49,957 bases of DNA from a virus. Lineage: Duplodnaviria > Caudoviricetes. This document shows, piece by piece, positions 20,561 through 29,545 of this stretch (its first letter is position 1; every line of letters begins with the position of its first letter). Location: positions 1 through 49,957 of the IMG/VR virus record IMGVR_UViG_3300008255_000170; one strand, 5' to 3'. The notes beneath the pieces are model-generated. The model searched no databases. It was not told the origin of the DNA and saw only the letters and a list, made by a program, of their open reading frames with translations. Made by a program: the position numbers and the translations under genes.

Positions 20561-20852
20561 TTTTATTACTAAACCAATCATTGAGCATTCGAATTATCTT
20601 GTCGGGTTGTTTGAACTGGATGCTGATATTGCTGCTGAGCGATACGCTATTTTAGACCGAGTGACTATGAAATTGATCTGGCAAGGTAATATCAAGCCGG
20701 GTGTAACAGTTAGGCACTTGGTTCGCAAAAGCTATGCCATTGATGGCGTGATCGTGCTAATGATTGATGACAATGAAACATTCAATGCAGTGGTTGCAGA
20801 TGGTGTACGTCTGCCACTTGTCAATAGTAATGATATTGAAATTGGATATTAA
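20553..20852 (+). CDS. Small tail-associated protein
   Basis: ATG overlaps the upstream gene end; C-terminal FNAVVADGV resembles LNALVFDRV of 21186..22094. Confidence 0.55.
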   Translation: MSDFITKPIIEHSNYLVGLFELDADIAAERYAILDRVTMKLIWQGNIKPGVTVRHLVRKSYAIDGVIVLMIDDNETFNAVVADGVRLPLVNSNDIEIGY

Positions 20853-20856
20853 CGGC

Positions 20857-21189
20857 ATGAATACGGTAATAAGCGTTGCTACAAAAAACATCCTTCTTGG
20901 TGCTATCGCTATCGATAAAATAGCTATTCACAGTGGTGAGCCAGGTGCTAATGGTGTTGATAATGAATTGAGTTCGCCACGCCAAGATTGCGTTTTCTCT
21001 GCCCCAAGCAATGGTGCTATTTCATTAGTGAATAACGTGCAATTCACCGTTACTGCTGGTTCTACTGTCAAATATATTAGCTATTGGGAGGGGACAACGT
21101 TCCACTTGTCTCAGCAAATTGATGATTTGGTATACAGTGTAACAGGTACGTTTACGTTATTGAGAGCAGATACTAGGGTGTCACTATGA
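20857..21189 (+). CDS. Small tail-associated protein
   Basis: IAIHSGEPGANG..NE motif seen in phage tail accessory proteins; in operon. Confidence 0.55.
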   Translation: MNTVISVATKNILLGAIAIDKIAIHSGEPGANGVDNELSSPRQDCVFSAPSNGAISLVNNVQFTVTAGSTVKYISYWEGTTFHLSQQIDDLVYSVTGTFTLLRADTRVSL

Positions 21190-22094
21190 TTATCGACCCT
21201 AAAACTGGCAAGCAAATTTTCAATGACATTGTTGAAATCACACCATTACACGCTAATGCGTTGCTTGCATACAGCGCATGGGCTACTGAGCTTGGCCTCA
21301 GTGATACTGCCACTTTACCCGGCTTGGTTCAGGCTGATGATGCTGCAACGGAAATAGATATAGGGTTTCCAACAGCAATAGATGGGCTATCATCCAAAAT
21401 AATGCAATCAACTGAGGGATCAATCGGTATTTATGTTGACGAACCACCGGGCTCAGTCTCATCGTCTGGTCGTGCTATAATAGCCGTTGAACCCAGTCAA
21501 GTCAGTGTACCTCGTGCCTATACATCACGCGCCACGATCAACCCTTCATTTGTTATTAACTGTAAGAGCCCCAATGTTGATAGTAAATCGTACAATGCCA
21601 AGTGGTTTAAAACGGCAGATGCTGCAATTCTATTTATAAGTTGGTCGCAATACGGTAACAGTAATTTAAATAAGACCGACCTAGCGATCAAATTTTCGAG
21701 AGGTAATATTGAACTGGTTTGCACTGCAGGTACTGATGCAGGCAGTTATATTCAGTTTTTTATCATGGACTCGACCTCTGCATCTGGTCAAGCATTAGTC
21801 GGAAATGGCAATTTTGGCAAACAGCTAACACCATCCAATACGTACCAATTCAGGTCTGTGTCACTAAAGAAAATATCTGGTCAAGTGATTGGTGAGAATG
21901 GTACCGGTATCATCACCGATATTAGAGCATATCTCCGCAGTAATGGTTTGCTAGTTGGTTCAACTACTTCTGATAGTTCGGGTGACTACCTCATTGAAAC
22001 TGCGTTCCCAGATGAACATTATGTGGTTTGTTTGGCTGAGGATAGTTCCGTACTTAATGCCTTAGTGTTTGACAGGGTGATCCCAATTGATTGA
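21186..22094 (+). CDS. Tail-associated protein with C-terminal Ig/carboxypeptidase-regulatory-like domain
   Basis: KISGQV...LVGSTTSDSSGDY pattern; ATGA coupling. Confidence 0.55.
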   Translation: MIIDPKTGKQIFNDIVEITPLHANALLAYSAWATELGLSDTATLPGLVQADDAATEIDIGFPTAIDGLSSKIMQSTEGSIGIYVDEPPGSVSSSGRAIIAVEPSQVSVPRAYTSRATINPSFVINCKSPNVDSKSYNAKWFKTADAAILFISWSQYGNSNLNKTDLAIKFSRGNIELVCTAGTDAGSYIQFFIMDSTSASGQALVGNGNFGKQLTPSNTYQFRSVSLKKISGQVIGENGTGIITDIRAYLRSNGLLVGSTTSDSSGDYLIETAFPDEHYVVCLAEDSSVLNALVFDRVIPID

Positions 22095-24054
22095 TTTCAA
22101 GTTTCCTCAAGGGGCTTATTTCCCGCCAAACGGTGAAGCTGTAGATTTTCAATTTTCTGCAGATAAAGTCATTGCAGTTACGTCTAATTTAACTATCAAT
22201 GTTTATGAAAATTATTTGCAGGGATTTAGTTTATCTGTACAGAGTAAAGTTGAAGTTTCAACAACTGTACGCATAACTAGACCGATACAGTTAAGATTTA
22301 ATACACCTTGGCTCAATGCTACATCACCGATAACTTTACGGTTTGGCGATGAACAGGTCCCAGAGCAGCCAGATCCTATACGTGTAGGAACCATTGGAAT
22401 GGTTTGCGGGGTGGTTTTCAATACAAGTCAAATTATCGAGCAGCAACTTACACTGAGCCAGCGCAGTCAATCACATGCTGCCAATACAGTGTTTGCATGG
22501 GATAGCTTTTCTAGCTTAAAACAGCAAATTGTAATGGTATGGAATACGCCGCCATTAGCTGGCGAAATATTTGCTGTTGATTGGCAATGGAATACGTTGG
22601 TACCTTTTCAACTCGATATGAATTGGTTGGTACCAGAGGCCCCTTGTCAGCAAGCCATAAGCAATTGGATAGTGCCAGAACTGCAGCAGACAATGCTGGA
22701 AATGCAGTGGTCACAAGCCGCCGCTAAGAGCCAGCAAATTATCGTTAAACTGCATATCGGCGAGCAATTAGCGACTGAGATAGCGCTTAGCTATACCAAC
22801 ATTCAAGGCCAAGGTGATAATAAGACTGTTGCATGGGCTCCCCATGCGGCGCGTTGGGTATGTTCCAGTAAATACGTACCGCCAGTGGGTAAGGTCACGC
22901 TGCGCTTTAGCGAACCTTGGATCAACTCAACTAGCCCAATACAGCTTAGATTCACGGCCTCACCGAACGTGTGCTACTGGGACGATGGCGGCGGCCTCAT
23001 CGATGCCAATCCACCATTACCGAATATCGATTTTAAAATTCCGATTGAACCACAAATCCGCAGGTACTACTTAATGCAGCCAACTTTATCCTGTGTTCGT
23101 GCCGCTGATGGCCAAGTGATTGTTATCACCTCAGTGAGTATTAGTGATGCCCGTGGCCAGTATACTCAAGGTGTCTCTATTGAGTTTGGTAGCGCAATAG
23201 ATGCCAGCAGAGCACACAATCAATTGCTGCTTATCAGCATTAATGGCTATGAGTTTTTTGCGATAGCAGAGCAGGTCAATAAGTCATCATCTTTTGGTAC
23301 TGAAAATTTTACAGCCAATGGTAGAAGTAAAACTGCGCTGCTTGCTGCTCCTTGGATGGGGGCTGTTAGTTATACGAATACTGTTGCTAAGTCATTCGCA
23401 GGCTTACTCAGCGATATTTTGGCTAACAGTGGATGGTCATTAGAGCTTATCGGAATACCTGATTTTGTGGTGCCGAAAGGCGCTTACTCAGCCATTGCAG
23501 ATTCGCCGCTTGATCTACTGAATGATGCTGTATCACAGCTTAATTGCATGATCATTGCCGATGAAGCTAACCAGGTGGTAAAGGTTTACCCTCGTTGGCC
23601 AACAGTACCGTGGGAATTTAGTTCCTCAGTAGCGGATGTAAATATCCATGATGCGGTAATTTTGACCTATAACTCACAGGAAGAAATTAACCAACCATGT
23701 AATGTTGTATGGTTACGTGGTGAGCAAAATGGGGTGAGTGCCAGAGTTAAACGCACTGGTACTGCAGGCGATATTGCAGCCCAAGACATAGCAGCTTCAT
23801 TGATCGTTGATGCTCAGGCAGCAAGAGTGGCTGGTACTATGGTGTTAGCTGATACCGGCAATAAAGAAATTGTGAGCGTTACTTTGCCGATCATGAATGA
23901 TTTACCACCACTGCAAAAAGGTATGTTAATTGGCGTGACATATCGAGGTGAAGTTTATAAAGCCATTTGTGATAATGTAAGCATTAGTGCTACGGTTGAT
24001 CCTAGCGCTGGCATTGATATCTATCAAAGCGTAAAACTGATTAGGCATATCTAG
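22087..24054 (+). CDS. Tail/baseplate hub-like protein
   Basis: 655 aa in the tail operon; duplicated LRF..PW.N.TSPI.LRF motif; hub-like C-terminal half. Confidence 0.55.
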   Translation: MIDFKFPQGAYFPPNGEAVDFQFSADKVIAVTSNLTINVYENYLQGFSLSVQSKVEVSTTVRITRPIQLRFNTPWLNATSPITLRFGDEQVPEQPDPIRVGTIGMVCGVVFNTSQIIEQQLTLSQRSQSHAANTVFAWDSFSSLKQQIVMVWNTPPLAGEIFAVDWQWNTLVPFQLDMNWLVPEAPCQQAISNWIVPELQQTMLEMQWSQAAAKSQQIIVKLHIGEQLATEIALSYTNIQGQGDNKTVAWAPHAARWVCSSKYVPPVGKVTLRFSEPWINSTSPIQLRFTASPNVCYWDDGGGLIDANPPLPNIDFKIPIEPQIRRYYLMQPTLSCVRAADGQVIVITSVSISDARGQYTQGVSIEFGSAIDASRAHNQLLLISINGYEFFAIAEQVNKSSSFGTENFTANGRSKTALLAAPWMGAVSYTNTVAKSFAGLLSDILANSGWSLELIGIPDFVVPKGAYSAIADSPLDLLNDAVSQLNCMIIADEANQVVKVYPRWPTVPWEFSSSVADVNIHDAVILTYNSQEEINQPCNVVWLRGEQNGVSARVKRTGTAGDIAAQDIAASLIVDAQAARVAGTMVLADTGNKEIVSVTLPIMNDLPPLQKGMLIGVTYRGEVYKAICDNVSISATVDPSAGIDIYQSVKLIRHI

Positions 24055-24055
24055 C

Positions 24056-24268
24056 ATGTTAAAGCAGCTAAAACGCGCCTTAGGGACGCCTAGGGCCATT
24101 ATGAAGGTAATTGCAGTTAATGATGATGGTACCGTTACTTGTGTTTCTGGTAGTGGACTTTCAGTTAATGCAATTGGTGATGCAGCTATTGATTCTAAAG
24201 TGTATGTGCAGGATAAAAGGGTACTTGGCCAAGCGCCTGATTTGCCACACTTTGACATTGATGTTTAG
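24056..24268 (+). CDS. Small tail protein (OB-fold/spike-like), last gene of the late operon
   Basis: VIAVNDDGTVT...VYVQD.RVLGQAP pattern; 1 bp after the previous stop. Confidence 0.55.
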   Translation: MLKQLKRALGTPRAIMKVIAVNDDGTVTCVSGSGLSVNAIGDAAIDSKVYVQDKRVLGQAPDLPHFDIDV

Positions 24269-24285
24269 TTACAAGGAGAGAACTT

Positions 24286-24765
24286 ATGAAGATATTATGG
24301 TTGGTACCATTATTTTTTTGCATACCTAGCTATGCGGAAGTATATCAGTGCAATGGAGTTTATCAGTCTGATCCCTGCGGTGAAGATAGCCAGCCAGTTC
24401 CATTAAAGTCTGGATCAGTTGTCGATTACCACTTACCAGACCAGCGAATAAAAAATGCGGTTGATGTAAGTACCAGCAACAATAATACAATGGCTCAAAA
24501 TAATGAGCAAAAGCATAGCTGTGCTGGTTATAAGGTTGATAAAGACTCTATTCGTTTTAGGCAAACGACCATGTGCATGACTGAGGGGCAATTACTCAAA
24601 ATAGCCGGTCCACAGCAGTACAGTGTTTATGAGTATTACAAAGATGGTCGCCACTATAAGCAATACCGATTCACAGAACCACGGGCGGGGTTCCCGTCAG
24701 CACCATTAGTTGAAGGTGGTTATGTTATTGATCCCGGTAGCTCTAGTAACTTTGTTAACCATTAA
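24286..24765 (+). CDS. Exported protein, DUF4124-like N-terminus (moron-like)
   Basis: Strong AAGGAG RBS; signal peptide ending SYA; EVYQCNGVYQSDPC. Confidence 0.65.
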   Translation: MKILWLVPLFFCIPSYAEVYQCNGVYQSDPCGEDSQPVPLKSGSVVDYHLPDQRIKNAVDVSTSNNNTMAQNNEQKHSCAGYKVDKDSIRFRQTTMCMTEGQLLKIAGPQQYSVYEYYKDGRHYKQYRFTEPRAGFPSAPLVEGGYVIDPGSSSNFVNH

Positions 24766-25105
24766 TTGAGTTAAGTATTTTTATCGCACGTAGTAAGGCC
24801 ATCTTTTGATTGTAATCAAGTTGGCCTAAATAAAACTGCAGTTCTTTATTCGTCAGTTCCTCGGTGTCTGCGTCACTTGTTTCAACCCTCAGAATTTCGT
24901 TAATATCCCAGCCAAGCCCTAAACCTATAATAAGCTGATCGGTTGAGATCAGTTGTTTACCTGTCTCTATTTTAGATAGTCTTGATGTTGAGCAATTAAG
25001 CTTTGCCGCTAAAACTTCTTGAGTTACGCCATTTTTTTTGCGCCAACATTTGACACGCAACCCAATAAGCTCTTTAATACTTTCCTTAGAGGAAATATTA
25101 AGCAT
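24755..25105 (-). CDS. XRE-family HTH transcriptional regulator
   Basis: IGLRVKCWRKKNGVTQEVLAAKLNCSTSRLSKIETG. Confidence 0.85.
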   Translation of the reverse strand: MLNISSKESIKELIGLRVKCWRKKNGVTQEVLAAKLNCSTSRLSKIETGKQLISTDQLIIGLGLGWDINEILRVETSDADTEELTNKELQFYLGQLDYNQKMALLRAIKILNSING

Positions 25106-25274
25106 AGTATTTTTCCATCGTGGAAATTGATAATGTCTTAATAAACAAGGTTATATAAGTTATTGATTCCAAGCAAATCCCTGATAAAAAATAGCATATT
25201 TGTTAACTTGCTAGTTCAGGATAAGATAGCTTTGATCACAACAAAAATACCAATATTTAACATGGAGTTTAGCA

Positions 25275-25502
25275 ATGGTTTCGTCAGTAAACAGTCAATC
25301 ACGCCCTTTAGTGCAAACATCGGCTAGTGCTGCAGGCATAAAAGAGCCTTTAGTCAACCCTATCACGCCAGATGATTCAAGCCTTTCAAAATATCAAGAT
25401 AAGGTAACGATAACGGGGGCTTCTGAAAAGTCACCTGTTTATGAGCCTACAGTCGGCGGCGGCACTACTCAGCCAGATCCTAAAATCCAACAGGTTGAAT
25501 AA
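25275..25502 (+). CDS. Small hydrophilic protein / possible peptide precursor carrying GGGTTQPDPK
   Basis: GGAG RBS; 75 aa; shares a decapeptide with 9458..9919. Confidence 0.7.
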   Translation: MVSSVNSQSRPLVQTSASAAGIKEPLVNPITPDDSSLSKYQDKVTITGASEKSPVYEPTVGGGTTQPDPKIQQVE

Positions 25503-25521
25503 GTAGTTTTGGAGATACGAC

Positions 25522-26088
25522 ATGGAACAAGTTGTATATGAGGTCTATAAGTTTGTTTTTAACCCTATATCGGTACTGATAATTTGTGTTGCCTGCTTTT
25601 GGTTTGCAGCTAATCACCGCAATTTTTTTAGCGTATTAATTATTTTATCGTTGATAAAAGTTATTGATGTATTAGCAAATAAGTTTTTGCTTGGACCAAA
25701 TTGGGTGGCCTATTACAGCTTTTATATTGCATTGGACTTTATAACCATCCTTTGTTTGATTTTTAGAGAAGCCATCACAAATCGCTTCTTTACTAGCTTG
25801 GTTTATCAACGCATATTTGCAGAATATGTATTAATTGGCATTTATGCCTTATCCATCCTTTACAACATTCCTACCTTTATCGAGCAGTGGACACGAAAAA
25901 CACCTTATATATTGAATTACCTATACAGTCAGGGATTGACCTCTCCGCCGATGTTCTTCTATGACCATTACGTGATGTTTAAGGGGGCACTTGGAACATT
26001 TGAGCATTTTATCATTGTATTTTTGGCTTTTCAGTCAGCAAAAATCAGCCAAGCAAAACTAAGGAGGCAAACCAAGGATGGAGTCTAA
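25522..26088 (+). CDS. Multi-pass membrane protein of unknown function
   Basis: GGAG RBS; about five hydrophobic segments; AT-rich. Confidence 0.75.
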   Translation: MEQVVYEVYKFVFNPISVLIICVACFWFAANHRNFFSVLIILSLIKVIDVLANKFLLGPNWVAYYSFYIALDFITILCLIFREAITNRFFTSLVYQRIFAEYVLIGIYALSILYNIPTFIEQWTRKTPYILNYLYSQGLTSPPMFFYDHYVMFKGALGTFEHFIIVFLAFQSAKISQAKLRRQTKDGV

Positions 26089-26458
26089 TAACCTATCTAC
26101 TGTCATTAATAGCGCTAGAATAAGCAAAGAGAAGGCTTGCAGTATTATGCAGGTTTCACCACAAACACTTGAGCAATGGCTTAATGGTGACGGTGAACCT
26201 TCTTGGTCACAAAGTCTGAGATTGTTGCTTTATCTATCTACTCAGTTTAAATCCTATGGATTACCAGAAGAAAAGGAATTTGATACGGGTTACATTGAGA
26301 ACATTGAGGACCTAGAAAAAGACGTTATTCAAGCATCGAGCACATGCGATCTCGTGTTTCAAACTTTGGATGAAGATAGTATGCACTATGGTGTAGCGTG
26401 GGGTTTGTCGGAAAAGCTTAAGGGTATAGTGGACAAGGTGAAGCAATTAAGTCGATAA
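26078..26458 (+). CDS. HTH-domain protein
   Basis: ISKEKACSIMQVSPQTLEQWLNGDGEPS; AGGAGG upstream; overlaps the membrane protein stop. Confidence 0.7.
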   Translation: MESNNLSTVINSARISKEKACSIMQVSPQTLEQWLNGDGEPSWSQSLRLLLYLSTQFKSYGLPEEKEFDTGYIENIEDLEKDVIQASSTCDLVFQTLDEDSMHYGVAWGLSEKLKGIVDKVKQLSR

Positions 26459-26485
26459 GAAAATGGGGCGTAACGCCCCACTTTT

Positions 26486-26758
26486 TTACACTGGTTTCAT
26501 TTGTACGATGGCACAATACCCACGATCATCGCGTCTAACAAAAGCATGATGCAGTTCTTTAGATATCGCACTTTCTACTAATGGCGTAAGCTTTAATAAA
26601 GCACTTGCTATCTCTGTAAACTGATCAAAATCAACATTAAATTTTTCAAACAGCAAATCGTCTAGCTGGCTTTCATCTTCATCAATGATTTTATCGAATG
26701 CTTCCTCAGTCAATCCTAAAGCGGCACCAGCTAATTGTTGAGCGTCCCAGTAGTTCAT
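26486..26758 (-). CDS. Hypothetical acidic protein downstream of parB
   Basis: 90 aa ORF with GGGG RBS, 8 bp after parB. Confidence 0.6.
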   Translation of the reverse strand: MNYWDAQQLAGAALGLTEEAFDKIIDEDESQLDDLLFEKFNVDFDQFTEIASALLKLTPLVESAISKELHHAFVRRDDRGYCAIVQMKPV

Positions 26759-26766
26759 ATAACCCC

Positions 26767-27759
26767 CTATTTATCTTTAGCCAAGTCAAGCATTAAACTA
26801 AGAAATTGTTCTATTTCTTCCTTTTGATTATTCGTCAATTCAGAAATATCAATGGTAAAGCGTTTTTCAGTATCGGTAACATTGATTTTACCGTTCCCAT
26901 AACTGCGTTTTAGTGGGCTTGGCTTATCATCTTTTTTAGTGATTAATCCAGCGCGTTCTTTACAGTAATCAACCAAGTAATTAGTCAGCTCTTGAGCGGC
27001 CATGCTGTGGTCATTTATAACGCTTCTTGATGCAGAGAACATATAAGGCGAGATGTTGGCTTCATCATCGATTCGCCCTTCTTCTGGTTCCAGTGTTTTA
27101 AATGAATAGCGGTGCAATGCTTCTGCCATATCTGCGCTTAAGTCGTTTATATCATGGTAAAGGTTCACGATATATTTAGGTAACTCAGCAGCTTTTATGC
27201 AGCGGGTAATTACCCGGCGACTGACTTTTTCACCCATTTCATTTAGAAATTCTTCTGCTTTCCTCAAACTCCCAAGTTTACGAACTAAGCGGCGATAACG
27301 GCGGCCTTTTTCGATTGCTGATGGCTGCTTATGGAAGTTACCCATGATTGAGTACATTTCCATTTCATCATCGGTTAGATCGGCCACCAATATTTTGTAA
27401 TCACGCTGACTTAAAATACAGCTCATACGGCGGCGGCTGCCGTCTGCGACCTCAATCGGTCCCACTGACGACTCGCGACCAATTGCCCATGTTGTCATGC
27501 CATTTTTACGAATTGACGGCAAAATATCATCTAGGGACTTTTCGTCTAACCGATGTTGGTCACGTTCATTTATTGGGCTAACAAAGGTAAAGCCATCGAC
27601 AGCCTCTGCAGGGATCACCCTTGCTGTAAATATCACTTCACGGCCATTATACAAAGTATCAGTAAAGGTATTTCCAGCCTGCAGGTTGGTTAATTGGGCC
27701 GCAATGTTGCGCTTCACGCGACCGGCACTAGGGATTAGGTTTTCGCTAATGTTTTCCAT
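26767..27759 (-). CDS. parB: Partition protein ParB/SopB
   Basis: NERDQ, LDDILPSI, IEVADGSRRR (ParB CTPase box), SAIEKGRRY followed by HTH. Confidence 0.92.
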   Translation of the reverse strand: MENISENLIPSAGRVKRNIAAQLTNLQAGNTFTDTLYNGREVIFTARVIPAEAVDGFTFVSPINERDQHRLDEKSLDDILPSIRKNGMTTWAIGRESSVGPIEVADGSRRRMSCILSQRDYKILVADLTDDEMEMYSIMGNFHKQPSAIEKGRRYRRLVRKLGSLRKAEEFLNEMGEKVSRRVITRCIKAAELPKYIVNLYHDINDLSADMAEALHRYSFKTLEPEEGRIDDEANISPYMFSASRSVINDHSMAAQELTNYLVDYCKERAGLITKKDDKPSPLKRSYGNGKINVTDTEKRFTIDISELTNNQKEEIEQFLSLMLDLAKDK

Positions 27760-28901
27760 TATTCAGCGCTCCATATTGGCTCAAGAATGTTTTCTTCAAT
27801 TTCGGTAAAGAGTTCGTCAAAGATATTGGTTGCCTTTTTGTAGGCCGCAAATGAGGTGCGTTCTGTGGCTGTTTGCTCATAGATAGTTCGCATCTTGTCA
27901 TAAGCAATGGGTACCTGAGTCGTCTTTTTTATTGGGTGATCAAGTACCGCTGCGCCCCAAACATTTTTCATTTTGCCAAAGAAAATTTTGGAGTCAGATC
28001 CTGTGGCCGTGTCGTAGTGAGTGCCGAGGATCCTTACCTGAGGTTCCACATTGTGAGCCCCAAACGGCGATAGTAGCTCTTTGAGCATTTGCAGATACTG
28101 CCTGGTACTGTAAAAGCCAAAGCGGTCTACAGGTGTCGGGATAATGATTAGGTCTGATGCAAATACGCACATTACTGTTGATAGGCCAAGGTTAGGAGGG
28201 CAATCAATGATTATGAGGTCATAATCGCTTTTGATTGTCTCAAGTGCTGCAGCAAGCAGCAGATGTGCCGCCACTGCTGTTTTACCACTGTCTCCCATTC
28301 TGGCCACTACATCGTCAACCACGCTTAGCTGCAGGCATGACGGGATGATATCAAGGCTAGGGAAGTAAGTTTTTTGTATGGCATAGTGAGCCGTTTTCTC
28401 TTGGCCCATAAAGTAGGGCAGTAAGGTATGTTCACCCTTTACGTCCACATCTGGCAGTTTACCCATGGCTAGGTTTAATGACCCTTGCGGATCCATCGAT
28501 ACCAGTAAAACGCGGTGCCCTTTCATCGCATGCCATTGTGCTTGGTGCAGCGCTGTGGTGGTTTTATATCCGCCGCCCTTGTGGCCACTGATAGCCTCGA
28601 CAATGCAATAGTCTGATGTTGGCCTAGTACCAAAGATATCGCGAAGTTTATCAATCTGGTAAAGGTCTAAGCCTGCACTTGTTACCCATCCATCGAACAG
28701 CGGATCGGTTAGCTGATTATCAGCCTTGGCGTTATAGATGCGCTGGCGGCTAACACCAATCATTTCCGCCGCCTGGTTAATTGGGAATCTGCGAACAATC
28801 CGGCGGTTGCCGTCCTCAGAAAATTTTTTGATAATTTCTTGCTCGACTAACTGGTCGCTATTGCTTATCAAAGCGTTTATCAGCCTTTCTAAACCATTCA
28901 T
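27759..28901 (-). CDS. parA: Partition ATPase ParA/SopA (type Ia)
   Basis: N-terminal HTH; deviant Walker A HKGGGYKTT; DPQGS; IIDCPPNLG. Confidence 0.94.
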   Translation of the reverse strand: MNGLERLINALISNSDQLVEQEIIKKFSEDGNRRIVRRFPINQAAEMIGVSRQRIYNAKADNQLTDPLFDGWVTSAGLDLYQIDKLRDIFGTRPTSDYCIVEAISGHKGGGYKTTTALHQAQWHAMKGHRVLLVSMDPQGSLNLAMGKLPDVDVKGEHTLLPYFMGQEKTAHYAIQKTYFPSLDIIPSCLQLSVVDDVVARMGDSGKTAVAAHLLLAAALETIKSDYDLIIIDCPPNLGLSTVMCVFASDLIIIPTPVDRFGFYSTRQYLQMLKELLSPFGAHNVEPQVRILGTHYDTATGSDSKIFFGKMKNVWGAAVLDHPIKKTTQVPIAYDKMRTIYEQTATERTSFAAYKKATNIFDELFTEIEENILEPIWSAE

Positions 28902-29321
28902 GCTAATTTCCTCTCGTTATGGATTACAGCCACGTAAAGATATTACAGTTTTAGAGTAAAACAAAGCAAAAGCTGTAAAATATTTTAAAAGTGTGGCACA
29001 GGCAAGGGCTTTTGTCTTTGAAAAATAAAGAGGCGCGGAGCGCAGCCTTTTACGCTTTTTACTGTGCCTAGCTTTAGCGTTTCCGCTTATATGTTGCTGT
29101 TTATAAAGATAGTTAAATGATATCGGCTTAGATGTGGAATAGTTCCATAACAACTGCACCGTCATAAAGTCTAAGTAGGCTAGACAATTTTTAGACCTGC
29201 CAGACAAGGCGAACTGAAAGTAAGAATGCCCAACCAAATAACTGTACTAGCCACAAAGTAACACAATAAAAAGGAGTACAGTTAACGCCGAAGGCCAACA
29301 AGTGTACTTACATCTAATTAA

Positions 29322-29417
29322 TTATTAACTGTACTCACATATATTTCATCAACTGTACTCCTTATCTAGCTAGATAAGGAGTACAGTTGATGAAATATAT
29401 GTGAGTACAGTTAATAA
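29322..29417. repeat. Telomere resolution site (telRL/tos): 96-bp perfect palindrome
   Basis: 48-bp arms centred between 29369 and 29370 (CTTATCTAG|CTAGATAAG), directly upstream of the protelomerase. Confidence 0.92.
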
Positions 29418-29545
29418 GTTTATATACAAGTGAGTACAGTTAAAAAATAGGTACAGTTATTTGTTGCATTGATTGAAAAATGAGCTAGAATGATAATGTC
29501 TAGTTTGTAATTATATTTGTGAGTACAGTTAACGAGGGGTTTATC

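Noticed and set aside
17070-24268. Diversity-generating retroelement or invertible tail-fiber switch
   Set aside because: No reverse transcriptase or invertase in the window, and no template/variable repeat pair seen
28917-29237. 106-aa minus-strand ORF upstream of parA
   Set aside because: No recognisable motif and a weak start; the region is more likely the par promoter
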